From IMG/VR virus record IMGVR_UViG_3300045988_098886: a stretch of 64,000 nt of DNA; one strand, given 5' to 3'. The notes beneath the pieces are model-generated. The model made no database searches and was not told the origin of the DNA. It saw only the letters and a list, made by a program, of their open reading frames with translations. The translations under genes were made by a program, and so were the position numbers. Shown piece by piece: positions 51,292 through 61,100 of this stretch. The DNA comes from a virus. The number at the start of each line of letters is the position of its first letter. Positions within the stretch are counted from its first letter, which is position 1.

Positions 51292-53319
51292 ATGGCAAAT
51301 TGGAGTAATTTAAAAACAACAATATCTAATATTGTTAAGAGTAACGGTACTCAAGCAATTACCGGAAATTCACTACAATCTGTACTATTAAACATGGTTA
51401 CATCTCTAGGAGAAAATTGTATGTTTGCAGGGGTAGCTACCCCTGCTACAACTCCTGGAACTCCAGACGGTAATGTCTTTTACATTACAACAGAAGCTGG
51501 AACATATACCAACTTTAATAATATAGTAGTAGCAGATGGAGAATTAGCAATTCTTATATGGAAAGGAGCTTGGACTAAAAGTAGTATGGCAATAGCCACT
51601 CAAGCTAAGATGGATGAAATTGACCAACATGTAAATGAGGTTAATACTAAACTGGATGAAATGCAAAAAGGTATGGAAGATGTATATGCCTACGGAGTTG
51701 AATGGGATTCTACAGTAGCTGACCCTACTCTTACTAGAATTGGTAATTTAACTCTGCATAAATCGTTACCTATTCAGTCACGACTAAAGGGCTGTGTTGC
51801 TAATGGAGGGACAATTAATTATTACCTCAATCCAGATGACTGGTCAAAGAAAGAAGATGGTACACCATCAGTATTAGATGGAACTGACGGAACTGTCAGA
51901 GTTGAAGTACCTCGATTCTGGGGAAAATCTGGAGTTGCAGGAACAAAAAGATGGGTTAAGATTTCTACTGTATGTATTGATAATACTTGGACAGAGATTC
52001 CAGCAATGTTAATAGATGCATATAGGTCTACAACAGATAACACTGTAACAGCAACACCTAAGTTAGTGTCAGTTGTGAATACTACTGCTGCATTTAGAGG
52101 TGGAGGAAATAGAACAGCTTATGATACTTATTTAGAAACTGATCCAGTTAGAACAGATTTAGGAAAACCAAGAACAGCAATGAATAGAGCAACTGCACGT
52201 ACTTGGGCAACTAATGCAGGTTCTGAGCTATTATGCTATGAATATTACAAATGGGTAATGTTTTGGTTGCCTGTAATTGAATATGCTACATTTAATATGC
52301 AAGCATCATTTAATGCAGACTTAACTTCCGAAGGGTTTCACCAAGGAGGATTAAGTGCAGGAGTAACAAACATGTCCAATTGGGAATTTTATAACGGATA
52401 TTATTCAGTATGTCCGTGTGGATACGCAAATGAATTAGGAAATTTCACAGGAGCTAAAGTAATTCCTTCTACTACGTGGGAATACGCGTCAACTGGTTTG
52501 ACGAATATGGCTTCTTATTCGAGAGATGCAGGTCAAGCTGATATGACCGCAGAAACAAATAAAGTCACAATTACAAACGTTAAAGGCACAAATAGATACT
52601 TATATAGAACTTGGGGATATCAAAATGGTTCTACAGTCTATACAGTGTCAGGATTGGCAGAGGGTCAAAATTTAATATTCTATACGGGAAGCACAACACT
52701 GGCAACAGTTACGGCTGATGGAGATGTTACAATAGATTGGCCTACTAACGTACTATCTGATAGATGTATTAAATCTTCTTTCACTGGAAGCTGTAATATT
52801 GTAATATCTATCAAGAGTGCATCTAACGTTAATGTACCAGTAACTCGTCCGGCCATGAGTATTGCAAGATATAGAGGATTTGAAAATATCTTCGGAGACT
52901 TATGGACAAATATTGAAGGAGTAATTATCCAAGGATATAAAGACGAGGGGACTGATAACTTCAACTGGAAGAATGTATATACAACTACAAATCCAGAAGA
53001 TTACGGAGAAACGGAAACTCAAAAAGCTAAAATGAAGCTAATTTCTAGCAGAGAAGTTCATAACGATGGTTACATCAAAGACTTTGACCTTCAAACTACT
53101 GGGGAAATAGTACCATGTGCTAATGGCGGGGGAAGTACTACCTATATGTGTGATTATCATTACACAGGAGGTAAAGACACTAGTCTAAGAACTCTCTTGC
53201 TTGGCGGCAGCGCTGATAACGGCGGTGATGCGGGCCTTGGTTCCTTCTATTCTGATGATGGGGTCGGCGATGCCGATGCCGCTGTGGGCTTCCGTACTTT
53301 GAACAAAATTGTAAATTAA
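51292..53319 (+). CDS. DGR target protein (tail fibre / receptor-binding candidate, 675 aa) with C-terminal C-type-lectin-fold-like variable region
   Basis: The C-terminus RTLLLGGSADNGGDAGLGSFYSDDGVGDADAAVGFRTLNKIVN is encoded by the VR. It follows the LxGGS...(variable)...GFR pattern of DGR CLec-type targets. Confidence 0.85.
   Translation: MANWSNLKTTISNIVKSNGTQAITGNSLQSVLLNMVTSLGENCMFAGVATPATTPGTPDGNVFYITTEAGTYTNFNNIVVADGELAILIWKGAWTKSSMAIATQAKMDEIDQHVNEVNTKLDEMQKGMEDVYAYGVEWDSTVADPTLTRIGNLTLHKSLPIQSRLKGCVANGGTINYYLNPDDWSKKEDGTPSVLDGTDGTVRVEVPRFWGKSGVAGTKRWVKISTVCIDNTWTEIPAMLIDAYRSTTDNTVTATPKLVSVVNTTAAFRGGGNRTAYDTYLETDPVRTDLGKPRTAMNRATARTWATNAGSELLCYEYYKWVMFWLPVIEYATFNMQASFNADLTSEGFHQGGLSAGVTNMSNWEFYNGYYSVCPCGYANELGNFTGAKVIPSTTWEYASTGLTNMASYSRDAGQADMTAETNKVTITNVKGTNRYLYRTWGYQNGSTVYTVSGLAEGQNLIFYTGSTTLATVTADGDVTIDWPTNVLSDRCIKSSFTGSCNIVISIKSASNVNVPVTRPAMSIARYRGFENIFGDLWTNIEGVIIQGYKDEGTDNFNWKNVYTTTNPEDYGETETQKAKMKLISSREVHNDGYIKDFDLQTTGEIVPCANGGGSTTYMCDYHYTGGKDTSLRTLLLGGSADNGGDAGLGSFYSDDGVGDADAAVGFRTLNKIVN
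53188..53292 (+). repeat. DGR variable repeat (VR)
   Basis: Aligns without gaps to 53390-53494 (offset 202). I counted 26 differences in 105 nt. Twenty-five of them fall where the TR has A; the one exception is G53232 versus T53434. Confidence 0.9.
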
Positions 53320-53389
53320 TTTCTCACAACATACCAGGGCACTATTTACCTTACCGGGTTGCAAGGGCAGCATAAAGTTTACTGTGAAC

Positions 53390-53494
53390 AAAAAACTCTT
53401 ACTTAGCAGCAACGCTAATAACAGCAGTAATGCTAGCCTTAGTTACTTCAATTCTAATAATGGAGTCAGCAATGCCAATGCCAATGTAGGCTTA
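53390..53494 (+). repeat. DGR template repeat (TR)
   Basis: Non-coding copy of the VR with 38 adenines, 25 of which are substituted in the VR. In the VR frame it reads KKLLLSSNANNSSNASLSYFNSNNGVSNANANVGLL (AAY-rich), as expected for a template. Confidence 0.9.
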
Positions 53495-53641
53495 TTATAT
53501 ATTTTCATTTGGATAATTTTGTTTTTAATATTTTGTCTAAATAGTGTCCTTGCCTCTTGGCAAAAAATAACGTAGTATTTAACATAAAAGGGTGTTAGTA
53601 GGTTAATTCTCGAAGTGCTCCCTATATAAATATATAAGACT

Positions 53642-54886
53642 TTGAAAAGAATAGGATATTTGCACGAGCAGGTATACAACCTGCCTAATATAGAACTTGC
53701 TGACAGAAAAGCAAGAAGACACAAATCAGTGAGATGGGGAATCCTAAAACATGATAAACATTGTGAAAAGGAGAATTTAAAGTTGGCAGAAACTTTGAGA
53801 AACTTAACATATAAAACCTCAAAGTATAGCACGTTTAAAATTTATGAGCCTAAGGAGAGATTAATCTTTAGGCTTCCATATTATCCTGATAGAATTACGC
53901 ATCATGCGATAATGAATATAATGGAACCAATATGGGTAAACATATTTATCAAACATACTTATTCTTGTATTAAAGACAGAGGAATACATGATGTTGCAAA
54001 GGACTTAAAGTACGTTTTGCAGAAATATCCAGAAGAAACTAAGTATTGTTTGAAAGTAGATGTTAGGAAATTTTATCCGTCTATTGACCATGATATACTG
54101 TACGAAATACTCCAAAAGAAAATAAAGGACAAGAAATTGCTAACTTTGTTAAAGGAGATAATATATTCGGCAGATGGAGTACCCATTGGAAACTATTTGT
54201 CTCAATTCTTTGCAAATTTATATCTTGCTTACTTTGACCACTGGGTTAAAGAAGAGCTTAAATGTAAATTCTATTTCAGGTATGCAGATGATATAGTTAT
54301 TTTAAGTGATAGTAAAGAATTTTTGAGAAGTGTTCTTCTATCTATGAAATTATATCTCCGCAATGTCTTAAAACTAGAGCTTAAACAAAATTATCAAATT
54401 TTTCCCGTAGACAGTAGAGGAATAGACTTTGTAGGTTACAGGTTCTTCCATACTCATGTACTGCTTAGAAAATCTATAAAAGTTAGATTATTTAGGCTAA
54501 TTAAAAGGTACAAGGATAAGAAAATTGATAGGATTGAACTAAGACGAAGAATGCAATCATACTTTGGATGGTTGAAGTTTTGTAATTCTAAAAATCTGCT
54601 CCATAAGATTCAGCTAGAGACTGGATTAAGATTTTCTAACTGGAATGGGAAGAAGGTAAATATTTCAAAATTTTATGGTAAGTATGTTCACATCGTAGAG
54701 GTGATGAACTACAATAAATACTTTAGAGTCCATTGTGTATACAATAATAAATCATATTATTTTGAAAGTAAGAATAAACAATTATTTTATTCTATACATA
54801 GATATTCATTACCTGTAAATTTTAAAATAACACCATATGTTAGACCCAAGAAGAATAGAAACAAACCTGCAACCCGAACCGATTGA
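53642..54886 (+). CDS. DGR-type reverse transcriptase (TTG start)
   Basis: VDVRKFYPSIDH; GVPIGNYLSQFFANLYL (the DGR-clade I/LGxxxSQ motif); FRYADDIVILS (YxDD). There is no in-frame ATG near the N-terminus, so the start is TTG at 53642. About 90 aa of basic C-terminal extension. Confidence 0.9.
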   Translation: MKRIGYLHEQVYNLPNIELADRKARRHKSVRWGILKHDKHCEKENLKLAETLRNLTYKTSKYSTFKIYEPKERLIFRLPYYPDRITHHAIMNIMEPIWVNIFIKHTYSCIKDRGIHDVAKDLKYVLQKYPEETKYCLKVDVRKFYPSIDHDILYEILQKKIKDKKLLTLLKEIIYSADGVPIGNYLSQFFANLYLAYFDHWVKEELKCKFYFRYADDIVILSDSKEFLRSVLLSMKLYLRNVLKLELKQNYQIFPVDSRGIDFVGYRFFHTHVLLRKSIKVRLFRLIKRYKDKKIDRIELRRRMQSYFGWLKFCNSKNLLHKIQLETGLRFSNWNGKKVNISKFYGKYVHIVEVMNYNKYFRVHCVYNNKSYYFESKNKQLFYSIHRYSLPVNFKITPYVRPKKNRNKPATRTD

Positions 54887-55211
54887 ATTGCTTGGAAATG
54901 GTACATATTACTACAATTACGATATAAAATCAGAAATTGTGTGCGTTCCACAAATGAATGGAAGCACAAAAGAAGAAGAAAGATGGAATTACATTCAGAT
55001 ACATTTAAGCGGAACGCCAGAATATAAAGCATGTGCTAGAGCAATAATTAGACAATATATTGATGAAGAATCAGAGTTCTCTATAATTAATGATTTCAAT
55101 GCACATCAATTAGGTATAAGAAAAGATGAGAAAGCATACTCTGAATATATAGAGTATATTAATTTAGTTTCAGAAATCAAATCAAAAATTAAGTCGGACT
55201 TTAATAAATAA
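54837..55211 (+). CDS. hypothetical protein (124 aa) overlapping the RT 3' end
   Basis: ORF overlapping the RT by 50 nt. Helical and acidic C-terminal half; it does not look like a basic Avd. Confidence 0.5.
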   Translation: MLDPRRIETNLQPEPIELLGNGTYYYNYDIKSEIVCVPQMNGSTKEEERWNYIQIHLSGTPEYKACARAIIRQYIDEESEFSIINDFNAHQLGIRKDEKAYSEYIEYINLVSEIKSKIKSDFNK

Positions 55212-55215
55212 AATT

Positions 55216-55620
55216 ATGGATTACGCAATAGTAACAAAAGAGTGGATGACACAACGTGGTTTAATCATTGAACCAGAAATGAGAAAAAGTGTAGATAACA
55301 GCAAAGTAGTATTACACAAATCTTGGCTTAGACCTTTCCTAGAAGATGAAGGCATTGAACTCTATTATCATGACGACCCAGCCTTTGTGGCGCTTTTAGC
55401 ATCTCCAGAATGGTCAGCTCCTGAACAAGAAGTAGAAACTGCAAACATGGGAGAAGGAACAAAAGAAAGTCCATACCAATATGACGGAGTAATGCCACTA
55501 GTTAAAGGTAATTACTACTCACAAGATGGAGTTATATATGTATGCACAAGAAGTCTATATGAGGAAAACAGTACCCCTCTCAAGGATTTAATTGGAATGT
55601 ATGTAAAGGAAGCTGCCTAA
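55216..55620 (+). CDS. hypothetical protein (134 aa)
   Basis: ORF on the coding strand. Confidence 0.6.
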   Translation: MDYAIVTKEWMTQRGLIIEPEMRKSVDNSKVVLHKSWLRPFLEDEGIELYYHDDPAFVALLASPEWSAPEQEVETANMGEGTKESPYQYDGVMPLVKGNYYSQDGVIYVCTRSLYEENSTPLKDLIGMYVKEAA

Positions 55621-55725
55621 ATAGCATCTTTCTCATTTGAAAAATAATTTTTAACACTTGTGGCTAAATTACAAGAATTTTTAAAGAAATTTAATAATTT
55701 AGTTGCGAGTGTTAATTTTTATTTA

Positions 55726-55733
55726 TACCTTTG
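55726..55733 (+). promoter_or_regulatory. Bacteroides-type -7 box TACCTTTG
   Basis: Exact TAnnTTTG. It would give a leader of about 120 nt containing an 8-bp hairpin AAGUAACU/AGUUACUU before the ATG at 55860. Confidence 0.4.
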
Positions 55734-55859
55734 TGCTGTTACAAATGGAGAAAGACCGAGACGCCTAAAATTATAATTAGGTCGATTGAAAGGAGTAATA
55801 AGTAACTAAAGTCTAAAAAGTTACTTTAATTCATTTATTAATTTAAAAAATTTTTAAAC

Positions 55860-56780
55860 ATGGCAGAGTTTTTAACAATGGAAGATGCCGAAAGCAAATT
55901 CGGTAAGAAAGGGAGAACAAATGCGGGCCTAACCCTAGGTATTATTGGTACAGCACTAGCTGCACTTGGTAATAACGGAGGTGGTTGTGGCTGTGGAAAC
56001 AACGGTATTTTAGGTGGACTCTTCGGAGGAAACAATGGTTCTTGCTGCGCAATGCAACAAGCAGAACAGGCTAAAACGTTAGCAATGGTTCAAGGACAAC
56101 AGGCAGATAATTTATCTTGGGCAAATAGAGTACAATCTATGCAAGATGATATCGAAGTTTATTCTTATCTAAACAGTAGGGATTTAGCTACTAACACAAG
56201 AATTGGAAATGAAGTACAGGTACTTACTAACCAAATCTGGAATGATAGAGTTCAAGACCTTAAGGATAAGAGCGGAATGTATGTTGATTTACTTACTAGA
56301 GACAACGCACAGAATCTAAGATTATGTGATGAACTTTATAAGAGAAGAGAACAAGACATTCAGGAAAAATCTGACATCTTTGAAAGACTTGGAACCAGAA
56401 TCAGTGAATTAGAGAAGAAAGAAGCTGCTACATCAGCTGCATTACCTCTAATGTTCGAACTTGCAAAAGAAAAATCAGAAAGATATTCTGACGCTTGCTG
56501 CTGCAAGAGCGAGAAAGATTTACTTAAAACTGCTAGTGCTCTTCAAACTGAAGGTATGGCTGTAGCTAACAACTTACAAAGACAACTTGACCACAAAATT
56601 ACTGGAGAATTAAAATATTCTTATAGTAACTTATGTGCTCCTGTTCCTAGTATAGCTCCTCTTTATTGTAGTCCGTTTACACAATATGGTACAGGCATGT
56701 ACGCTGGTACAGCTGCTTCTAACTGGAATGCAGTGAATACAGCTATCAATGGCGCTTGTCCTACTTGTCAAGCACAATAA
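55860..56780 (+). CDS. Gly/Cys-rich protein with central coiled coil (306 aa)
   Basis: GLTLGIIGTALAALGNNGGGCGCGNNGILGGLFGGNNGSCC N-terminal region; C-terminal Cys clusters (ACCCK, CAPVP...YCSPF, GACPTCQ). Bracketed by a promoter box and a terminator. Confidence 0.65.
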   Translation: MAEFLTMEDAESKFGKKGRTNAGLTLGIIGTALAALGNNGGGCGCGNNGILGGLFGGNNGSCCAMQQAEQAKTLAMVQGQQADNLSWANRVQSMQDDIEVYSYLNSRDLATNTRIGNEVQVLTNQIWNDRVQDLKDKSGMYVDLLTRDNAQNLRLCDELYKRREQDIQEKSDIFERLGTRISELEKKEAATSAALPLMFELAKEKSERYSDACCCKSEKDLLKTASALQTEGMAVANNLQRQLDHKITGELKYSYSNLCAPVPSIAPLYCSPFTQYGTGMYAGTAASNWNAVNTAINGACPTCQAQ

Positions 56781-56788
56781 GATATTGA

Positions 56789-56828
56789 AAGGAGATTATG
56801 TAACAGTAGTCTCCTTTCTTTTTTTTAT
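56789..56828 (+). terminator. intrinsic terminator
   Basis: Stem AAGGAGAU / AGUCUCCUU followed by TTTCTTTTTTTT. Confidence 0.6.
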
Positions 56829-56836
56829 AACCTAAA

Positions 56837-57322
56837 ATGCTCAAAATTATGACTACAAAAATAACTCCATTTGGAACCGAAGATAACGGAAGTCAAATAT
56901 TAGAGTTTAATGTTTCTATACCTAAGGGAGCAAATACAAGTATAGCTCCTAACTCTACACTAACAGTAACACAAAGATTCGCAGAAGTTTATAATCAAGC
57001 AACCACTGGCGCTGCTTCTTATAGACAAGTCACTAAACTAGATGTGGTTCATAACCTACAATATGTTGATTGTAAGGGTACGCCAAAAGTTATCACAAAC
57101 GTCACTTCAACTATTATCGACACTCCGGCAACTTCCGCTACTCCAGAAACTCTGACACCAGAGATTTTCAAAGTAGTTGATGTTTTAATTCCAAGAGGAA
57201 AGACAATAGTAACACAAGATTTAATTAACGATTCACCTACAACTACGTCACAGTTGGCTAATTGTGCATACTCAGTATTTGTAATACAAGTAGCTGCACC
57301 TACTCCAGCTCCTGCGCAGTAA
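56837..57322 (+). CDS. hypothetical structural protein (161 aa, Thr/Pro-rich)
   Basis: ORF on the coding strand; TPATSATPETLTP and APTPAPAQ low-complexity stretches. Confidence 0.6.
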   Translation: MLKIMTTKITPFGTEDNGSQILEFNVSIPKGANTSIAPNSTLTVTQRFAEVYNQATTGAASYRQVTKLDVVHNLQYVDCKGTPKVITNVTSTIIDTPATSATPETLTPEIFKVVDVLIPRGKTIVTQDLINDSPTTTSQLANCAYSVFVIQVAAPTPAPAQ

Positions 57323-57338
57323 TTAATTAATTTATGAC

Positions 57339-57782
57339 ATGTTTGGCGATACTTTTAGTAACAATAGCTTGGGTGATTTACAGAAGACTTACTACCAACA
57401 ACTCGAAACTCTAAACAGAATGCAACAGCAGCAACAAGCGACTAACACTTCAATATTAGAAGAGATTAATAAATCAGTCGGGATGCTTAATTCTGAAGAA
57501 CAATCAGTATTGGCAAGTTCACACGATTATCAGTTGGCAAAACAAACCTATGAAGCTGGATTCATGGCTTACTTAGGAAATAAATTCGCTGGAGAATACG
57601 TAAGTAGTCCAGACGGAAAAATAGCTGCTGAAAATTTATTAAGTGCTATTAATAAGTCTAAGGAAAAAATCGCAATAGAATTAAAGAAAAAACAAGAAAA
57701 ACTTGATACAATGCTTAATCTATTGGAAAATGACCCAGAAATAAAGAAGAGATATGATGAACTTATGTTAAATAAACAGTAA
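57339..57782 (+). CDS. hypothetical helical protein (147 aa)
   Basis: ORF on the coding strand. Confidence 0.6.
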   Translation: MFGDTFSNNSLGDLQKTYYQQLETLNRMQQQQQATNTSILEEINKSVGMLNSEEQSVLASSHDYQLAKQTYEAGFMAYLGNKFAGEYVSSPDGKIAAENLLSAINKSKEKIAIELKKKQEKLDTMLNLLENDPEIKKRYDELMLNKQ

Positions 57783-57786
57783 TACT

Positions 57787-58107
57787 ATGGTTAGTGACAA
57801 AGAAATATTAATGCAAGCTGCTGAGAAATATGCAAAGGATATCGCGAGTAATTTCTTCGGATTATCCACTATTCCAGTACAAACTGCTATCACCTATGTT
57901 GTAAGAAATTGGGTTGATAAACACAATACTCTAATTGATTTATTCGTTGATGTTGACGGAAATATAAATACGAAGATTCTGGGAGATGCTGCTAAGTCAG
58001 TATTGAGAGAAAACGACGGTTTCAAAATAGGAAAAGTAAAATTCACTGAAGCCGATGTAGATGATTTATTTAGTACTTTCAATGACATCAAGTCTAGAAA
58101 TTCATAA
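57787..58107 (+). CDS. hypothetical protein (106 aa)
   Basis: ORF on the coding strand, followed by a terminator. Confidence 0.6.
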   Translation: MVSDKEILMQAAEKYAKDIASNFFGLSTIPVQTAITYVVRNWVDKHNTLIDLFVDVDGNINTKILGDAAKSVLRENDGFKIGKVKFTEADVDDLFSTFNDIKSRNS

Positions 58108-58112
58108 TATAG

Positions 58113-58151
58113 ATACCATCGGCATTTATTTGTCGGTGGTATTTTTGTTTT
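58113..58151 (+). terminator. intrinsic terminator
   Basis: 9-bp stem AUACCAUCG / CGGUGGUAU (one G-U pair), 12-nt loop, then TTTTTGTTTT. Confidence 0.65.
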
Positions 58152-58168
58152 AATATACTTAATAAATC

Positions 58169-61100
58169 ATGGAAAACGTTAGAGTAGACTCTCTCTTAGG
58201 AAACAAAAAAGTAATAGTTGGAAATCCCTATTCTGACATTGTATTAGAAACTCTAGGTAAAGTATATATAAAGTCAGGGAGAAATTGTAAACTATTAGAT
58301 GATGTTATAAAGGAACTAGCTATAATCACTGAAAAACCTCAGAAAGAAATATATGCTAAAACCATTATAGTAAATAGCATTGATGAGTTGGGGTCTCTCG
58401 ATTATCCGGGAGATGGCTACTTAATTTACAATTCCCTAAATAAGTCTTTATATATCTCATACGAAGATAAATATATAGCTTTAATAGAATCTGTTACAGA
58501 TACATCAGAAAGTTATGTAAAAAAGACAGGAGATTCAATGTCTGGACAATTAGAAATAACAGTGGATTCTTTTCCACCTCTTATTGTTCATTCTAAAAAA
58601 CTTGTAAGTAATCTCAATGCTAATTACCTTGAGAATTACTCTGCAAAAGACTTAGCTAAGAAAAAGGTTGATGAAGTAATCTCTGGAGACTGGGTATTTA
58701 CTGGAAGTAATATATCTAAAGCCAACTGGAGATTTTATAGAGATATAATAGTGGACGGGAGTGTTACTTCTCCGTTCTTTTCATCTGGATTCTCAGGCTC
58801 TGGTTGGAGAATTGATGCACAAACAAATACACTAACTATTGATTACTTGGTGGTTAGGAAAGCTATGCAAGTATATGAAATGGTGGTCAATAAAATCACC
58901 GCAACTAACGGTTCTCTTTGGGTATCAAATGCAAGTAAAGTGGAGGATTATGTTCTAGCTTACGAAAATACTACAACAGAGTTCTTGATTGAATTTAACA
59001 AGGCATATCAAGACGCTTCTGGTGGAACTATTTTTACAGAACTTGATGACCTTGCTCGGTCACTACTTACATCCTTGCTATCCCAGCGGACTGATATTAT
59101 CTTTACTGATAAAAATGTAAGGGCTTACATGGTTGGAGACACTTCGTGGCAATGTCCGTCTCTTTTGACCCATATTGTAGATGCTAAAGCATTAGTGGGT
59201 TCTGAACTATTTACTAATATAAATTTACTATGGGATAAGTCATTTCTTGATAGTATAAATATAGAAGACCCTCAAACTCCTGCAGCATTAGCTATTAACA
59301 ATTCAGCACAAGGAATAGATTTATTTGCAGAATCTGGGCCTGAATCTTATATGGAAATAGTATCTACTGATAATAAAAGTATTATAAAGAAACCATTATA
59401 TTATGATTATTTTTATGGTACTGAAAACATATATGTAGTCGAATTTGACAAAGATGAAATTCCTGTATTTAAGCCCGGAGACATTGTAAGGTGTCAGAAA
59501 TGGGACAATCAGAATATCAAATACTACGACGGAATAGTGCTGGCCCCTGTAGGATTACACTCTTTTGCTATACAATTAGCTAAATCTGTGTTTGATAAAT
59601 ATACCGAAATATCATACGATGAAAAGGGAAACATATCAGAAATCACAGAGGAATATAACGATAGTTTATATGATAGAACTTGGCGCCCATCAGATGATGA
59701 CCCTACTTGGGATGAGGAAGACCCACCCGTTGATGAGAAAGAAAGAAAGCTGGGAACAGTTGAAATAGGAGACAGCATAGTACAAGTTGGAAATATAAAA
59801 CCTGACTCTGGAAGACAGAATGCAATATACCTAACTTCTTCTGACGACCAAGCACCATATATAAATATATTGTCAGATTTAAATAGGCCTGACTACTCTG
59901 TACTTTATAAGATACCTAAGTATGATAAGGATGGAAATCCTATTACTAAGAAGGACGAAGATGGTAATTTTATAGAGTATGAATTCGAATACACGAAAAC
60001 AACTAAAGTAAGATTGGGAAATCTTGGTGGAATTATAGACTATACATTTCCTGCTAATAGGCAACCTAGGGGATACGGACTCTATGGTCAGAATGTATAT
60101 CTTACTGGAGAGTTTTATTTGAATAATGGAAAATCAATAGTAGATGTTTCACAAGATGGAATAATCCTTAAATATAAAAGAGCAGGATTGGAACTTTTAG
60201 ATTTATATGATGAACAGGGAAATCCTATATACTTAACCGATAAGGATGGCAATATTATAAAAGATGATAATGGAAACCCCGTTCAAAAGCAAGAAATAAA
60301 ACTTAATGCCGAGCAAATAAAAGTCGGAGATGAGGAAACCTATGCTTTGTTTAAAGTAATATATGAAAATGGAGAAAAGAAAATCTACCTTAATGCAGAT
60401 TTAATTCAAGCTAGTGAAATATATAATTTAAAGGAATCTGCTGATGCATCAGTAATTACTACTATTGACAGTTCGGTAAGCGAAACCCCAACTAATGCTG
60501 TAACTGATTGGACCTATGCAGCTAAATATTTCTTTCCAGAATATGGACAAACTCCTAACTGGAATGCTAATTATCATCCGGACGGAGGGGGAGATTTTTC
60601 TTCTAAGACAAACGGAACTTTTGAATTGACTACTCCAAGTACCGACTTTAATTCCTATATATTAACTAATAGGATAGAAGCAGTAGCAGCTACTATCGGA
60701 AAAGTTACTATGGAAATGACTGTAACTCAATTAACGTCTGATATAAGTAAATATGAAGTGGCTTTATTAGATTTGGAAAATCCAGGTAATTATTTCGTTA
60801 TTCCACTTATTTCTAACGATGGTGTTAATTTTAAATGGGAAAAAACGCTCAACGTAAAAATGGAAGGAGATTATGCTGTTGGTATACAAATTAAAAGTTC
60901 TGGAGTATCCGGAACTGATATATATAGTGCTCTTAAAGCTACTATAAGTGCAGAAGAAAAATCCTATTATTGGGCACTGTGGTCCGATGGTTCTGGAGTA
61001 TTAGCTGAGGAAAGGATACAATGGGATAATTTGGGAAATCTTAGCATAACTGCCTCTAAACTTACTGTGGATGATGGACGATATAAAATAGGATTGTATA

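Noticed and set aside
53384-53575. 63-aa Asn-rich ORF (MNKKLLLSSNANNSSNASL...)
   Set aside because: It is simply the translation of the adenine-rich DGR template repeat in the VR frame and runs into a low-complexity spacer. TRs are non-coding.
53443-53832. 129-aa minus-strand ORF spanning the TR, the spacer and the RT start
   Set aside because: It is antisense to the DGR cassette and overlaps the well-supported RT N-terminus. The sequence is low-complexity and hydrophobic, typical of AT-rich antisense frames.
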